Part shown: positions 53,401 through 63,194 of the stretch, piece after piece
How the letters are laid out: every line of letters begins with the position of its first letter
How positions within the stretch are numbered: the first letter of the stretch is position 1
Program-made: the position numbers and the translations under genes
Assembly: GCA_030265395.1 (NCBI GenBank)
Contig: JARFYF010000119.1
Span: forward strand, 379,021 to 443,020
Reading direction: 5' to 3'
Length of the DNA stretch: 64,000 nt
Source of the DNA: Rhina ancylostomus
Lineage: Eukaryota
Notes under the pieces: model-generated
Told to the model about the DNA's origin: nothing
The model's input: only the letters and a program-made list of their open reading frames with translations
Databases searched by the model: none

Positions 53401-56400
53401 TTTACTTATTATTACCACGTATACTGTTTACTCTGTGACCTTCAGGCAAGCAAGGAATTTCATTCATCCTGGTATACACGATGATAAACCAATCTGAATC
53501 ATCATCGCTGTCACATCTAGATGATGGCTGTCTTATAAACACCCAGGATATGGGTTTCTACTTCCATGGTCCTGAGCCTGCAACTTCCCATCTTTTCACT
53601 CTGAAGGACAGTGAATCATCAAATGCTTCCCACGAGACGAGTGGAAATCTCCAGCCATAATGTCTTGCTTGTCTCAATCAAAGATTTTAAACTCAAGCCA
53701 GTTCAGGAAATGAATGTTTTCCAAGTGAAAGCATTCCACTTTTGGCTGGGTCTGGGATAACAAAGGCCTGTTTGGAGAATTTTTTGGGTGAATGGACCTA
53801 CTGAGTACTGTGGTGGAGCAATTACCTCCTTTCATTTTACACGTACACTTCCATTTACAACAGGTGAATCACAGGTAGGTCAACAGTCGTGCTGGGCAGC
53901 AACTTCGCACACTTACCTGTTCTACTTTGACTTTATCTATTTTCCTGCGAACTTCTTCGAGGCTCTTATGGTACCTTTTGTGATTATTCATCTGTTGCTC
54001 TACCGAGGTTGCATCCACACAACATTCTTGAGAATCTAAGAGCTGCTGCATGGGGAAAGAAGAAACATATTTTACCGGAGTGTTGATTTTTGAACCATCC
54101 CNNNNNNNNNNNNNNNNNNNNTCTATTTGAACATTACGATGGAGTTGATACTTACATTTATCAAAATTAATGTACGTACGCAGTGAATTAATACAATATA
54201 CAACAAAGGACTCAAACTACGGACAAAGCCACGTCCATGTAGTACACGAGCTTTAGAATATTATGAATATTGACTGACTGCATAATAAATAGTAATCTCT
54301 GCATCTGATACAGCTGGATTTAATGTTTTAAGACCATGTTAGCAAAGAGGCAAACTCTCATATATCTGCTACTAAATAATTCCCTTCAATATTTTCTCTC
54401 CCCCTTCCAAAATACCCACCTCCCAAAGGAAAATTCAAACCATAACCTAAAGTTTATTTTGGAGATACTTTTAAACCACTTCCACTGTGAAGTTGCAGTA
54501 TCTTCCCACTGACACAAATACCACATCAAGGGTCAGCATTAGTCTGTGCAACAACATGCATTACTTTGATCCAGTTCTAAACTCTGCAGTCCATTTGATA
54601 CATGTGATGTTAGTTACATTGACAGAACAGACCACAGATAGATAGAATATCTGTTACTGCACCCTTGGTGAGCTTACAAAAGTTCTTCATGCAACACAAC
54701 CCAATTCTTCATCTAATCCACTTAATCCAGCAACATAATACTAGCAATATTTCATTACTTTTAAAAGTTAGTTAAAAACAATGAATATGGTGCAATGGGC
54801 TTATGATTAAAGCAATAAAAGATAATAGTGCAGTGACATTTAAGGCATATGTCACTATATAAATGAAATTATATTTTCAACTTATGCTTAAGAGTAGTGG
54901 AAAACAGACCTTACATTTAAGACAACAATTTTCCAAACACTGATACAATTAGGTCCTGGAGTTTCCTAGCATGCTAAGCTCACAAAAATATGGATGGTAC
55001 AGAGGGAATACAGCAAAAGGAATTAGGTGCATTGACTCTTGGAAGAAGGGAATGATGAGAACTTGAAAATATGATTTGAAGGCATGCAAGTACTGCACTC
55101 AAAGTCCACATATTAATGGTTCAGATGGGCAGGGCAGGCAAGGACTTCACCCACCCACCTCAAATAATCTCTGAAATACAACATTAGGTCAAGATTATGG
55201 ACACATGCCTATGTTTGTCCCAGAATATTCAAGTGCGCAAGTGTGTTCCCCTCCAAGATGCTGCAAAATTAACTTCCTACATATACTGCAGTGTGCCGTG
55301 ACTTCCAAGCCATGAGTGCCCACAACTTGGCCAGCACTGAAATTTCTTCCAGCTGACAAAATGGACACTCCTTATCAGACTGCTGTAGCTATGGAGACTG
55401 AGAATCTCTGGTTCCTTTGAAACAAACCAATGATGCTTCCTCCTTTGGCCAAGAACACAAGAGTGCGTTCACAATCTACACACCAGGTTATTTTCATTCA
55501 ATCAAGATGTGAGGTTGACACTGGCCAGGCCAACATTATTGCCCAATTCAGGTGCTTGCTAGGTCATGTCAGTGGACAGTTAAGGATCAACTGCTCTACT
55601 TGTATCCAGAGTATGTGTGGATCAGTCCAGGCAAAGATGGCAGGTTATCTGTTGTGATGTTTTGTTTTTAAAAACAACAATCCAGTAATTTGATTACTAG
55701 CGTTACCTACACTAGCTTTTCATTCCATTTTTAATTGAAAACATGGAATTAAATTCCCCAACTGGTCTGCCAGGAGATAAGTCTTCTAGATACTTACCTA
55801 CTAGCTACTCTCCACACAGGAAGCAGCCACTCTTACATTCCCAAGGAATCTAAGACATCTGAACCCTTTACCTGAGCCACGTGTTCAGAGGTGTCTGTTG
55901 CAGAGATAGTTGATGACATCTCTGTCATCTGAGATTCAAAGCTAAAATTAGGTACTACAAAATAACACCCATTACATGAATAATAGATTTTACAGGCGTT
56001 GTGCTGTTGAAAGGCTTGATGTAGGATTCTCTCCACTTCCCACTCAAACATAACCAGCCTTGGATTTGGGAGAGAGCAAAATAGTAGTGTGGTGGTGGAA
56101 GGGATGGTATGGCAGAGGGGGAGGTGATTAGTGAATTATCTTGGAGATGAATGTGAATGTTATGTGGGGCCCACATGCCCCACATAACTGTATGCTGTAA
56201 CTGTATGCCCCACATAAAATGCTGTAACTATTCAACAGGTAAGTCAGTATCTGCGGAGTGGGATACAGATGGTGTTTCAGCTCATTGACCCAAGCTGTTA
56301 ACCCTGCTTCACTCTCCACAGAAGCTGCAATGACTAGTTGAATATTCCAAGCAATTTCTCTTTTTCATTACATATTTCTAAACTTTGCAGTATTTTGCTT

Positions 56401-59400
56401 CAAGTTTGGTACCCTCCCCATAAATCAAAAGACACAGGGCTTTTTTTTGTAGAGCAACAAACCATCTGCTGGAGGAACTCAGCAGGTCAAGCAGCATCTG
56501 TGGGAAGAAAGGAAATGTTGATGTTTTGGGTCAAAACCTTTTTGTAGCATTGTAACTGCTACACTGTCTCAATACATTAGGTGAAGCACATCATGTTAAA
56601 TCAACTACTGCTGGATAATGTCTTAAAAAAATGCAAACATTAAGTTCACCTAGTATCAGCCGCTATTTCACAGTAAGACTGAACATTAATCCTGGTGTCA
56701 TTTTCATTGAAAATGCAAAACGGTTTAAGGCTTAGTGCGTACCACCTGAGAAAAAATTTAGAATAAGGGAAATCATAATAAACACCTGAATTTAAAAAAA
56801 ACATCTCTTTTTATGACCATATTTACCTTTTGCTGTTTTATCCAGCTGAATAGCTCATTGGTCGACCTTGACAGCCCTTCGTCCCAAGAATCTGTGTGTC
56901 TCTGGTTGATATTATACATTGACTTGGAACGTTCTGTCCATCGATCAGAGATGGTTTTTGCAATAATACGCATCTGTTTTCGGAGCTGAAACACACTGCA
57001 AAGTTTCAAAGGCAGAAGTTAACATTGAAATGGATTTAATCATATTATGTTCAGTTTTCCACTGAGCATCATTATTAAGGGTGTGCATTATACAAAGCAG
57101 GGTAATTAAATAGATTAACCATCCCCAACAAGAATAGCAAATGGGATTGGGGGAGGGGTGTGTGTGCGAGAGAGAGAGCGTGAGACACACCTATTCTGCA
57201 GTACATCAGTGGGGTACCCATTACGCTGTAATTCTACAATGCTTTCTTCAATGTTTGCTAGGTCATCACCAGCACCGCTCAACAATTCATCAATCTGGTG
57301 TCTGTATCTCCCAAGCTGACCACGATCAAAAGCATTCAAATCCTGACAAGAAAAATAAACACAAGCACTTGAACTTAACCTTACTTTGCTGCCGCCGCCC
57401 AAGATAAGCATTATCAAATCCTCAAAACATTGTGTTACTTTAACATCTATTATTTGTACATAATCCTTGGAAACTTTTAAACACAAATTAATGCTTCTGT
57501 TAAAATATAGATCAGAGTAACTTAATTTGACAATTTAATTTGACTGCCTTATGTAACAGCCATATATAAAAAGAACTCTCATGAATGTAACAGAAGCTAT
57601 ACACCTCTCATAGCTTTTGACATCAGAGCACAGGTTACACTTATTTAAACAGAGCATTTTTCAATAAGTTGGAGACTGTGCTTCCTCATGGCACTTTCCA
57701 CATATTGCACCCTTGTAACTGTACACCCAAGGTGGTAAGATATCAGGCTGTTCTATTCCAAGAGCTCCATATTCTTTCTCTCCCAAAGTTGACCACAATT
57801 TGCCAGAATATGGCTTCTGCAATGCCATGCATCTCATCATCACTTGAAGCTTCCAATGTCAATTTCACTTGGCTTCAGACAACCAATTACCAGGACGTAT
57901 TGAATCAAATTTAACAACTTGATGGCATTTGAACTAATCACTTCACAGCTGTTAGTTCAGTTCAATAATCTGCAATAAAAATAGAGGGTATTGGAAATAT
58001 TCAGCAAGTCAAGCAGCATCTGTGGGGAAGGAAGCAGAGTTAATATTCTAGGTCAATATACTTTAATGAGAATTTGAAAAGTGACAGACTTTAACCTCCA
58101 CTGCATCACAACCTTGCCATTGTTCTCTCCTCTTTTCCCGCAGCATAATTTTTGTTTTAAACTTTTACTAATTCTAATGAAGAGTCATTGACCTGAAATA
58201 TTAACTCTTGTTTCTCTCTTCACAGATGCTGCCTGACCTGCAAAGTATTTCCAGCACTTTTTGGTTTTTATTTTATACTTCTAGCATCTGCCATCTTTTA
58301 ATTGACAGCAATCAAGATCCCACATTACAGTATCTTAGCATGTTTAAGGGCTCCACATTAATAAAGCCCATCTAAAAGTTTAAATGTATTAAAATAAAAT
58401 TAATTTGCGGTGACAAAAAAAAATTGCACGCTCAATAAGGACACAAGAAAGTGTAATTACATAGCTTAACCACAAAATAAATACAGCTACAATTTCATAA
58501 GGAAATTTTTACTATTAATCTAATGGTTCAATAATCTACTGAGCACACATTTTATACTGAAAATTGAAATTTCCCTCCTAAAACAGAATGGAGTTTGGTA
58601 CATAAACAACTATTAGCTTTACACCTGCCACAATGTTCCACATACAAACTTAGCAATAACCACTGTAACACTGACAACTCCAAATGAAACAGGCAGAAGA
58701 TCAACTTTTAAACATTATTAGCTTCAATACTAAACCACAAATTAATTGTAAAGAAGAAATAAGTGATTTTACCCTCATGCAGGCTTTGAAAGGAACATAT
58801 GAAATGTATACAATGTTTCAGGAACCAGTACTACTCTGTGTGAATAAATAATTCACAAGGTATGCAAGACCCAATTAAAATAATTATAATTTCTGCCAGA
58901 AAGCTTGCGAAACAATAGGAAAGGATAAGAAAATGTTATTCAGAATTATTAGAATGTTATTAGAATTTCAGCAGTACCCTACTTGAATTCAAACGCTGCA
59001 GAAATTGTAGATGTCATGACATCATGCTTTGATAGGTGTATAAAATCATAAAGGGCATTGATAGGGTGAATGCACTTCTTTTTCTCAGAGTTGGGGAATG
59101 AAGAACTAGACGGCATAGGTTTAAAGTGAGGGAAGATTTAATAGGAACTTGAGGGGGAAAACTTTTTATTACATAAAGAGTGGTATGTATGTGGAATGAG
59201 CTGCCAGAGGAAGTGGTTGATGGAGGTACAATATCAACTTTTAAAAGATATTTGGATAGGTACATGGACAGAAAAGGTTTAGAAAGTTATGGACCAAACA
59301 TTGGCATATGGGACTAGCTTGGATGGGCATCTTGGTCAGCATGGACCAGTTGGGATGAAGGCCCTGTTTCCATGCTATACAACTCCATGACTGCAACAGG

Positions 59401-62400
59401 CCACATCTTCCAAACCACAAAACCTTTCAGAAGATTACCAACATTTCCACTCCACTAGAGTTTCCAGCTTTCCTTTCCCTAGGGTCTCTTGCCTCCCTTC
59501 AGGGTCTTAGCATTTCTCCAGCCTCTGTCTCAGCTGCCCCTCAACCCAGCCACTACCAGCAGGGAATCGAGTCTTGCTCCTGACCACCAATCGCTACCCC
59601 ATCACCACCCCAGGATCTCTCACCTCCCTCCCAGCTACATTGGCCACTAAGCCCACCATGGGCCTTCAGCCTCCCAGGCACACTCCTGCCCTCTGTTGGA
59701 TTACAGCTTCTACTGATTTCTGCCAATTCCTGCACTACAGGAACCAAATGAAACTTTCACATAAATTTGCTAGTGTTATTTGCAAAATTTTCAATTTGAG
59801 ATTCTTCCCAAAATTTTTGGCCTTAAGCTTTGGTCAGTGGCTCCTGAAATAATACTTAGTACAAAATCAGTGAATAAAATACTTTTGCATGGGGGAGATT
59901 GTGGGAAGGGATTTAAGAGGAGAGCAGCACCTCCCATCAAGTGGCACAAGGAGCAGCAAGGAGCACAAGAGGCTATTCCTCCCCTCAAGCCTGCTCTGCC
60001 ATTTAATTTAATTCTCAACTCAAATAAGTTGCTTTGATTCCCAATACTTTATATATCTGTTTCTTTATTCTAATTACCTCAGCTAAAGAAACAGTTATTT
60101 ATTAAATCAGTTTATAATATTAAAAGACAGATCAGGACATTCTTCAACTTTCTAAATACAAATCAAATCATTCATTGTTTGGCGATGAAAGTTCAGCTTG
60201 CAAATTATATTGTTTTATTGTGACTTCAGTCTGAGTTTTCACCATTGATTTTAAAAAGACATGTGGTGATGGTTTGAAGGAACATGCCAGCTCACTGCCA
60301 TGTGCATGTAACCCTGTCTGGACTTCCATAGCTGCTGACGGTAGTTTGGAAATGCCAAATGCTCAAGAGAATTAGAGGGGTGTGCATCTAACCATCCACT
60401 CCAGCCCTGGACCCATCACCAAGCCCAGTTTCAATCCCATAACATAGTGAGCTCAGGGGACAGATACATTGTGCATTGTCCTTTCAACTTTACATCAGCT
60501 ATGGTTGGCACATCTAGTGCAGCCCAATTTATTTGGCAAAGTTCACTGATATTGACACAAGCATTGGATGATTCTGTTTGACACATCCTCAGAAATGTAG
60601 TGCTCACTCCTGTGAGGAAGCTAGAATGGATGAAGCAAAGACGAATCCTGAAAATCAAGATACACCTCTGTCACCTGTATGAAAGGAACTTTCAAGCCCC
60701 GATTGGTCTAATCAACCATCTCTGTACGCATCGCAACACTATAGACTAGATGGCATGGTATTACTCGAGTACAAAACAATAAGGTAAATGGCTGGTAATG
60801 TCAAAACCTGATTTTAATTTAATGTTTTTAAGTTGCATGCTGTGTGTGGTTTTAAATAAATTCTTCTATTAATTTTGTTTTTAACATCTTTCAACAGTTT
60901 CTAAAACTTCATGATCATCAGAAACAATGGAAAAGACCTTCAGGGCAGTCAATGGGCAGAGCCTTGGAAATCAGGAGTTGTGCAGCCACAAAAGACAAGT
61001 GTAACCACTGTTGTCCTGCAAGAGGTGAATGCAAGGCATGCTTCTGGGTCCAATGCAATAGTTGCCAAGGGACAATGCAGAAATAACTTAAGACATCCTT
61101 ATTGCCATTTTTTCCTCTCAAAAATATACTTCACTCATAAAATTTGCAAATGTATAAAATAATTCACCTTTTAACCTGTGCTATACATTTTAAGGAAAGG
61201 AATAAGACACAGCAATAGGCAGGGAGGTCACGTTTGTAATATACTGTGCTAATGCTGCAAAAAGCTCATTTTCATGGGATTTAAACTCGAGGTATGTATG
61301 CCCAAGGCAATAAACTTGAATTTGAACTTTAACCTGCTTCTTGCTCTAAAGAGAAATAACTGCATGGGAAACATGAGCACATCAACAATCATAAAAGCAT
61401 CATAACAGAACTTGAACTCTCCAATGCCTGAAACATAGACCACAGTAAATCCTCAATTGAAATTCCAATATTATGCTGCCCAGCATTTATAACACAACAC
61501 ATGAAGGCAAATAAATGGACAGGAGGATCCTAAAATGGGCAAGATGATCCTGGGAATATTTCTCAATTAGAGATGAATTGGTACAATTGTACAATACTGC
61601 ATTGAGCCTCAATTCCAGGATTAAGGAGAAAAGGGTCAGCTTTGATTCCCTGCTGTAAGCATGTATTTATGGATGTTGGAGACAGAGACAGTTGATTGTG
61701 GTTTCTGCACAATTCATACATTGTCATACTAAAATAAAAACAAAGCTAGGACATTCCTCAATGGTTTCCTTCTCCCCGCAGGAAACCTGTGAGAATGTAC
61801 CAGAGAGCCAGCAAAGCTTTGCAATTAACCATTCTTGCCATTTTCCCAGGAGATTTCCTGAGCACCTCCTGAAGTAATAGCAGGCGACAAGAAGAATACC
61901 TGCTGAATTTCAGAATATCACTTAGGCTTGCCAGAGGTTGAGGTATTGGAAGGCATCCTTCATCTATGCAACCACGTACAAGCATCACAAACTTGACAGA
62001 ATACCACAATGCAGGGAAAAACAATTAGCCAACAACCAAGACATATAGAAGGAAAGCTAGTTAAACATGAGGAGAATTGAGTAGACAATAATGTTAAGAA
62101 TTTGGTGAGGAAATAAAATGTGAAGTGACCTAAATGTAGGTGAAACCTTGGCACAAGTGACCCACTCCCAAGCACAAACAGGGGTCAACCTTGTTGGCTG
62201 CCTGTTATACACACCACCTGATAATTAGTTCTATTATGTCAAAGAAAGTGATGTGTGGTGCAATAGCATAAGTTTCATGTTGCAACCCAAACCCACCTCA
62301 GCTTCTCTACACAGTACAATGAAAGCTTTGAAGTCGATAGTCTGGTCATATCTTGAAACTGCACTGAAGTTAAAATCAAATTTAAACCTACAGCTAAGGA

Positions 62401-62708
62401 AAGAAGCAATTTTTTAAATGGCCTTAAACTTATTAAAAACATACAAGAATGACATACTACTATTTTGCTTCAAATAAAAGTATTTTGTGTCAACTATTTT
62501 TGATCTTGGCTACTTTAAGGCTGTGGGAACATGAGCATTTTATTTTGTTGTTCAGTGCAACGAAAGCTGTTACTGGAGTGAACTCTAGTTTCAACCGGAG
62601 AAAGAATGTACCTGTTGCAGCATCTTCTCTGCTTCACCAAGTTTAAATGCACAACTTTCTGTCAGTTCAAGGCTGATATCATGGCGGTTCTTCAGCACAT
62701 CCATACCA
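4118..62708 (-). CDS. DSP: Desmoplakin gene span (coding exons 2-24; exon 1 outside window)
   Basis: 23 exons with GT-AG ends and compatible phases. They encode the plakin domain (spectrin repeats plus SH3), a coiled-coil rod, three plakin repeat domains and a GSR tail. Strong similarity to recalled human desmoplakin. Confidence 0.96.
8690..8888 (+). mobile_element. CR1 LINE 3' end
   Basis: tggaacaaaccgccagaggaagtggt...tttaaaagacatttg...ggtttagaggcatatgggcc, homologous to 59190-59390. Confidence 0.75.
10170..11835 (+). mobile_element. Degraded non-LTR retrotransposon (CR1/L2-group) RT and 3' end
   Basis: Frameshifted RT motifs in order: [17 protein letters not shown] (10340), ISLLSII and GFHQ-like (10500-10620), PQ-GSIL..IFNCFIN-like (10740), [14 protein letters not shown] (11330). 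Ends in an aataaatgaataa tail. Confidence 0.75.
11040..11200 (-). mobile_element. LINE 3'-tail fragment nested in the older LINE
   Basis: An AT-rich block starting atcagatttattatca (minus strand AATAAA-type tail) interrupts the RT-coding remnant. Confidence 0.5.
12160..12745 (-). mobile_element. CR1 RT fragments
   Basis: Minus-strand [14 protein letters not shown] (about 12200-12245) and [24 protein letters not shown] (12670-12745). Confidence 0.7.
12755..13050 (-). mobile_element. V-SINE-like (HE1-type) tRNA-derived SINE
   Basis: The minus strand has a B-box-like GGATTCAATTC followed by the V-domain core TTTGCATGTTCTCCCTGTGACC...GGTGCTCCAGTT..CTTCCCACA. Confidence 0.7.
14379..16196 (-). 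CDS. DSP: DSP exon 23 (coiled-coil rod), 1818 bp
   Basis: Acceptor TACAG|ATA ([11 protein letters not shown]...), donor GAG|GTACAT (...FQKQALE), phase 0/0, E/K/Q/L-rich coiled coil. Confidence 0.96.
16502..16600 (-). CDS. DSP: DSP exon 22
   Basis: TTCAG|[33 protein letters not shown]|GTGAAT, 99 bp. Confidence 0.95.
17520..18165. repeat. Nested long inverted repeats (Penelope-like terminal-repeat derived)
   Basis: 17610-17733 is the reverse complement of about 17953-18080. An outer, more diverged pair spans 17525-17590 and 18125-18165. Confidence 0.85.
18650..19560 (+). mobile_element. Highly degraded CR1 LINE
   Basis: Remnants such as gagaagatgcagaaaagatttcctgaaatggttc ([12 protein letters not shown]-like) and ttccattgatggaagggtcaagaatcag. 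Confidence 0.5.
19775..19882 (-). CDS. DSP: DSP exon 21
   Basis: AACAG|[36 protein letters not shown]|GTATGT, 108 bp. Confidence 0.95.
19978..20061 (-). CDS. DSP: DSP exon 20
   Basis: ATTAG|[28 protein letters not shown]|GTAGGA, 84 bp, followed by a 95-bp intron. Confidence 0.93.
21085..21200 (+). mobile_element. CR1 3' tail
   Basis: ggtttagaggactatgggccaaat...gttgggctgaagggtctgtttt, matching the other CR1 tails. Confidence 0.7.
21197..21337. repeat. Tandem duplication, 2 x 66-70 bp
   Basis: atgactatgaagcagttaaatggaaagagctgc...cattataaatac occurs twice, with a 4-bp indel and one substitution. Confidence 0.9.
22555..22890 (-). mobile_element. V-SINE-like (HE1-type) SINE, near full length
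   Basis: Minus strand: head GGCACAGTGGTGCAGCAGTTAG (A box), GGTTCGATCC (B box), V-domain, and a CR1-like tail GGGCTGAATGGC. Confidence 0.8.
23560..23790 (-). mobile_element. Truncated V-SINE-like copy
   Basis: Homologous to 22560-22800 (caatttacagt...gcatatctttggga...tccacatggtcac). Confidence 0.6.
23964..24126 (-). CDS. DSP: DSP exon 19
   Basis: TGCAG|(R)[15 protein letters not shown]...LLQQLNEQK|GTTGGT, 163 bp, phase 2/0. Confidence 0.93.
25505..25705. repeat. Palindromic element with hammerhead-like core
   Basis: 25505-25570 is inverted against 25605-25670. CTGATGCAGGGTTTCAACCCAAAACATCAAC lies in the centre. Confidence 0.85.
25912..26105 (-). CDS. DSP: DSP exon 18
   Basis: CTTAG|[13 protein letters not shown]...[13 protein letters not shown](R)|GTGTGG, 194 bp, phase 0/2. 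Confidence 0.93.
26460..26648. repeat. Palindromic element, same subfamily as 17.6-18.1 kb
   Basis: Arms ctcagcaggtcaggcagcacctgtggagaaaagcag and ctgtttttctccatggatactgcctggtctgctga, with centre gggtcaggagaagggtcctgaccc. Confidence 0.85.
27335..27473 (-). CDS. DSP: DSP exon 17
   Basis: CTTAG|(R)[31 protein letters not shown]...RDNLQ|GTAAAC, 139 bp, phase 2/0. Confidence 0.94.
28428..29097 (-). mobile_element. CR1 LINE 3' fragment
   Basis: Starts with the reverse CR1 tail aagaacacaagaaaataggaccaggagtaggcca. Internal ccaaaactgcaatattccaggtgtggcctcaccag is VRPHLEY.QFW on the minus strand. Confidence 0.8.
29990..30162 (-). CDS. DSP: DSP exon 16
   Basis: GACAG|[22 protein letters not shown]...DFSSAYLE(R)|GTGAGA, 173 bp. 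Phase 0/2 fits both neighbours. Confidence 0.88.
30340..31295 (+). mobile_element. Rex1/Babar-like LINE RT fragment
   Basis: [68 protein letters not shown], with frameshifts. Confidence 0.85.
31300..32065 (-). mobile_element. CR1 LINE 3' fragment
   Basis: [70 protein letters not shown]. Confidence 0.9.
32166..32900 (+). mobile_element. Second Rex1/Babar-like LINE fragment with 3' tail
   Basis: [48 protein letters not shown], and an aataataaacc tail. Confidence 0.85.
34047..34108. repeat. Perfect 31-bp tandem duplication
   Basis: acactcagtacaagtttgccaacatctactg occurs twice. Confidence 0.9.
34519..34703 (-). CDS. DSP: DSP exon 15
   Basis: GGTAG|(G)[31 protein letters not shown]...MSELE|GTGAGA, 185 bp, phase 1/0. 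The ELQKIR motif is shared with human. Confidence 0.87.
35215..35720 (+). mobile_element. Degraded CR1 fragment containing a (TA)n microsatellite at 35375-35410
   Basis: cagttctggtcaccc-like and gaaaggtacagaggtggtttccaaggacgttgctagg ([13 protein letters not shown]-like) remnants, plus an 18-unit TA run. Confidence 0.6.
36300..36625 (+). mobile_element. Old SINE-like repeat (reverse copies near 38700-38960 and 55510-55800)
   Basis: Shared blocks ttactggact...cca, gtcttacccagtctgg, ttaactcttaactgtcc are found as reverse complements at the other two sites. Family not assigned. Confidence 0.45.
37313..38050 (-). mobile_element. CR1 LINE 3' fragment(s) spanning a gap
   Basis: [36 protein letters not shown], with reverse tail tagaacatagaacagtacaggcccttcggccca. 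Confidence 0.9.
40016..40217 (-). CDS. DSP: DSP exon 14
   Basis: TTCAG|[17 protein letters not shown]...RTSVQ(G)|GTTTGT, 202 bp, phase 0/1. Confidence 0.92.
40841..40967 (-). CDS. DSP: DSP exon 13
   Basis: ACCAG|(K)[42 protein letters not shown]|GTAAGC, 127 bp. Confidence 0.95.
41071..41225 (-). CDS. DSP: DSP exon 12 (SH3 domain)
   Basis: TTAAG|[51 protein letters not shown](K)|GTATGA, 155 bp. Confidence 0.94.
42398..42562 (-). CDS. DSP: DSP exon 11
   Basis: TTCAG|[31 protein letters not shown]...[13 protein letters not shown]|GTATAG, 165 bp. Confidence 0.95.
43639..43751 (-). CDS. DSP: DSP exon 10 (3' end hidden in N gap)
   Basis: TATAG|[37 protein letters not shown]..., running into Ns at 43638. 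The donor is not visible. Confidence 0.9.
43920..44145. repeat. Old palindromic element of the hammerhead-bearing family
   Basis: Left arm gaaaatgctgaaaaatcaggaggtcaagcagcatct is inverted against tactgtttgacctgttgagtatttcctgcatt. Confidence 0.7.
44279..44374 (-). CDS. DSP: DSP exon 9
   Basis: TGCAG|[32 protein letters not shown]|GTACAT, 96 bp. Confidence 0.95.
46096..46200 (-). CDS. DSP: DSP exon 8
   Basis: GTTAG|[35 protein letters not shown]|GTGGGA, 105 bp. Confidence 0.95.
46570..46815. repeat. Palindromic element with hammerhead-like core
   Basis: Arms aatctgctggaggaactt and aaattcctccagcagatt. The minus strand reads GTTCTGATGCAGTATTTTGACCCGAAACGTCAAC at 46630-46663. Confidence 0.85.
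47043..47335 (+). mobile_element. V-SINE-like (HE1-type) SINE
   Basis: ggcacagt head, ggtttgagcc B-box-like motif, gtggagtttgcacgttctccttgtgactgcatgggtttcc V-domain, gatgggctgaatggcctcc tail. Confidence 0.8.
48667..48828 (-). CDS. DSP: DSP exon 7
   Basis: ATTAG|[54 protein letters not shown]|GTAAGT, 162 bp. Confidence 0.95.
49170..49660 (+). mobile_element. Degraded CR1 fragment
   Basis: gagaagctggagtcgttctccttggaataaaggaggttaagagggcatct (LGLFSLE.RRLRGDL-like). Confidence 0.6.
49797..49865 (-). CDS. DSP: DSP exon 6
   Basis: CACAG|[23 protein letters not shown]|GTAAGC, 69 bp, phase 0/0. Resembles recalled human REKSAIYQLEEEYENLL. Confidence 0.82.
50255..50705 (-). mobile_element. CR1 LINE 3' fragment
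   Basis: Reverse tail acagcatgtaaacaggccctttggc. ataattttatagacttttatcaggttacccctcagtctccttcactccaggg is LE.RRLRG.LI.VYKIM on the minus strand. Confidence 0.8.
52451..52465 (+). promoter_or_regulatory. Candidate CTCF site
   Basis: CCAGCAGAGGGCAGT closely matches the CTCF core consensus CCASYAGRKGGCRS. Confidence 0.55.
53917..54045 (-). CDS. DSP: DSP exon 5
   Basis: TGCAG|[43 protein letters not shown]|GTAAGT, 129 bp. Confidence 0.92.
56270..56545. repeat. Two half-copies of the palindromic family
   Basis: ctctccacagaagctgcaatgactagttgaatattccaagca and atctgctggaggaactcagcaggtcaagcagcatctgtggg...tgttttgggtcaaaacc. Confidence 0.7.
56827..56995 (-). CDS. DSP: DSP exon 4
   Basis: TGCAG|(S)[16 protein letters not shown]...[21 protein letters not shown]|GTAAAT, 169 bp, phase 2/0. 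Confidence 0.9.
57191..57342 (-). CDS. DSP: DSP exon 3
   Basis: GTCAG|[28 protein letters not shown]...GYPTDVLQN(S)|GTGTGT, 152 bp, phase 0/2. Confidence 0.88.
57975..58300. repeat. Old palindromic element with hammerhead-like core
   Basis: ttggaaatattcagcaagtcaagcagcatctgtg is inverted against cacagatgctgcctgacctgcaaagtatttccagca. Core CTAATGAAGAGTCATTGACCTGAAATATTAAC at 58174-58205. Confidence 0.75.
59028..59392 (+). mobile_element. CR1 LINE 3' end
   Basis: gtgtataaaatcataaagggcattgatagg (VYKI.KGIDR), gtatgtggaatgagctgccagagg, and a canonical tail. Confidence 0.85.
60480..60770 (+). mobile_element. RTE-clade LINE 3' remnant
   Basis: 60669-60734 translates to [22 protein letters not shown], resembling the RTE C-terminal C2H2 motif CxxCxRxFxAxIGLxSHxRTH. 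Confidence 0.55.
62612..62708 (-). CDS. DSP: DSP exon 2
   Basis: CTTAG|[33 protein letters not shown]|GTACAT, 97 bp, phase 2/0. [14 protein letters not shown] aligns with recalled human ELLQNCSDCLMRAE. Confidence 0.82.
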
Positions 62709-63194
62709 CTAAGAAAGAAAAAAGTGTAAAGCATATGCATTGTGTATAACAAATACTACGTTCTGTTCTGTAACATGAAACTAATTCCACACTTTAGTGC
62801 AAGTCAATCCTCATAGAACAGAAGAATCCATAAATTGTTAGCACACAAAATTTTAGGAAGTTTATTCTGATATAAATTCATTTGTACACATCATATAGAA
62901 ATTGTGTACCGTGCCCATGTAAAACATACTTTAGTTAAGAAAATGAAATATTTAAACATAAAACAAATTGGAAAGCAAAAATAAAAATTGAAAACAGAAG
63001 AGAAATATTAAGATGGAAGGTGAAGATGGATAGGTTGCAGCATCCTTGGGGGAAAACCCCATGATTATTATGTTTCCCATGGATCCTCAATTTACTCAAA
63101 TTGTTGGCTTACAAAATGCTCTCTCATAAGTTCACATAGTTTCCCTATAATAATTAAAACATAACTCAGAATGCATTTGTAATGTAGAGAGCAA

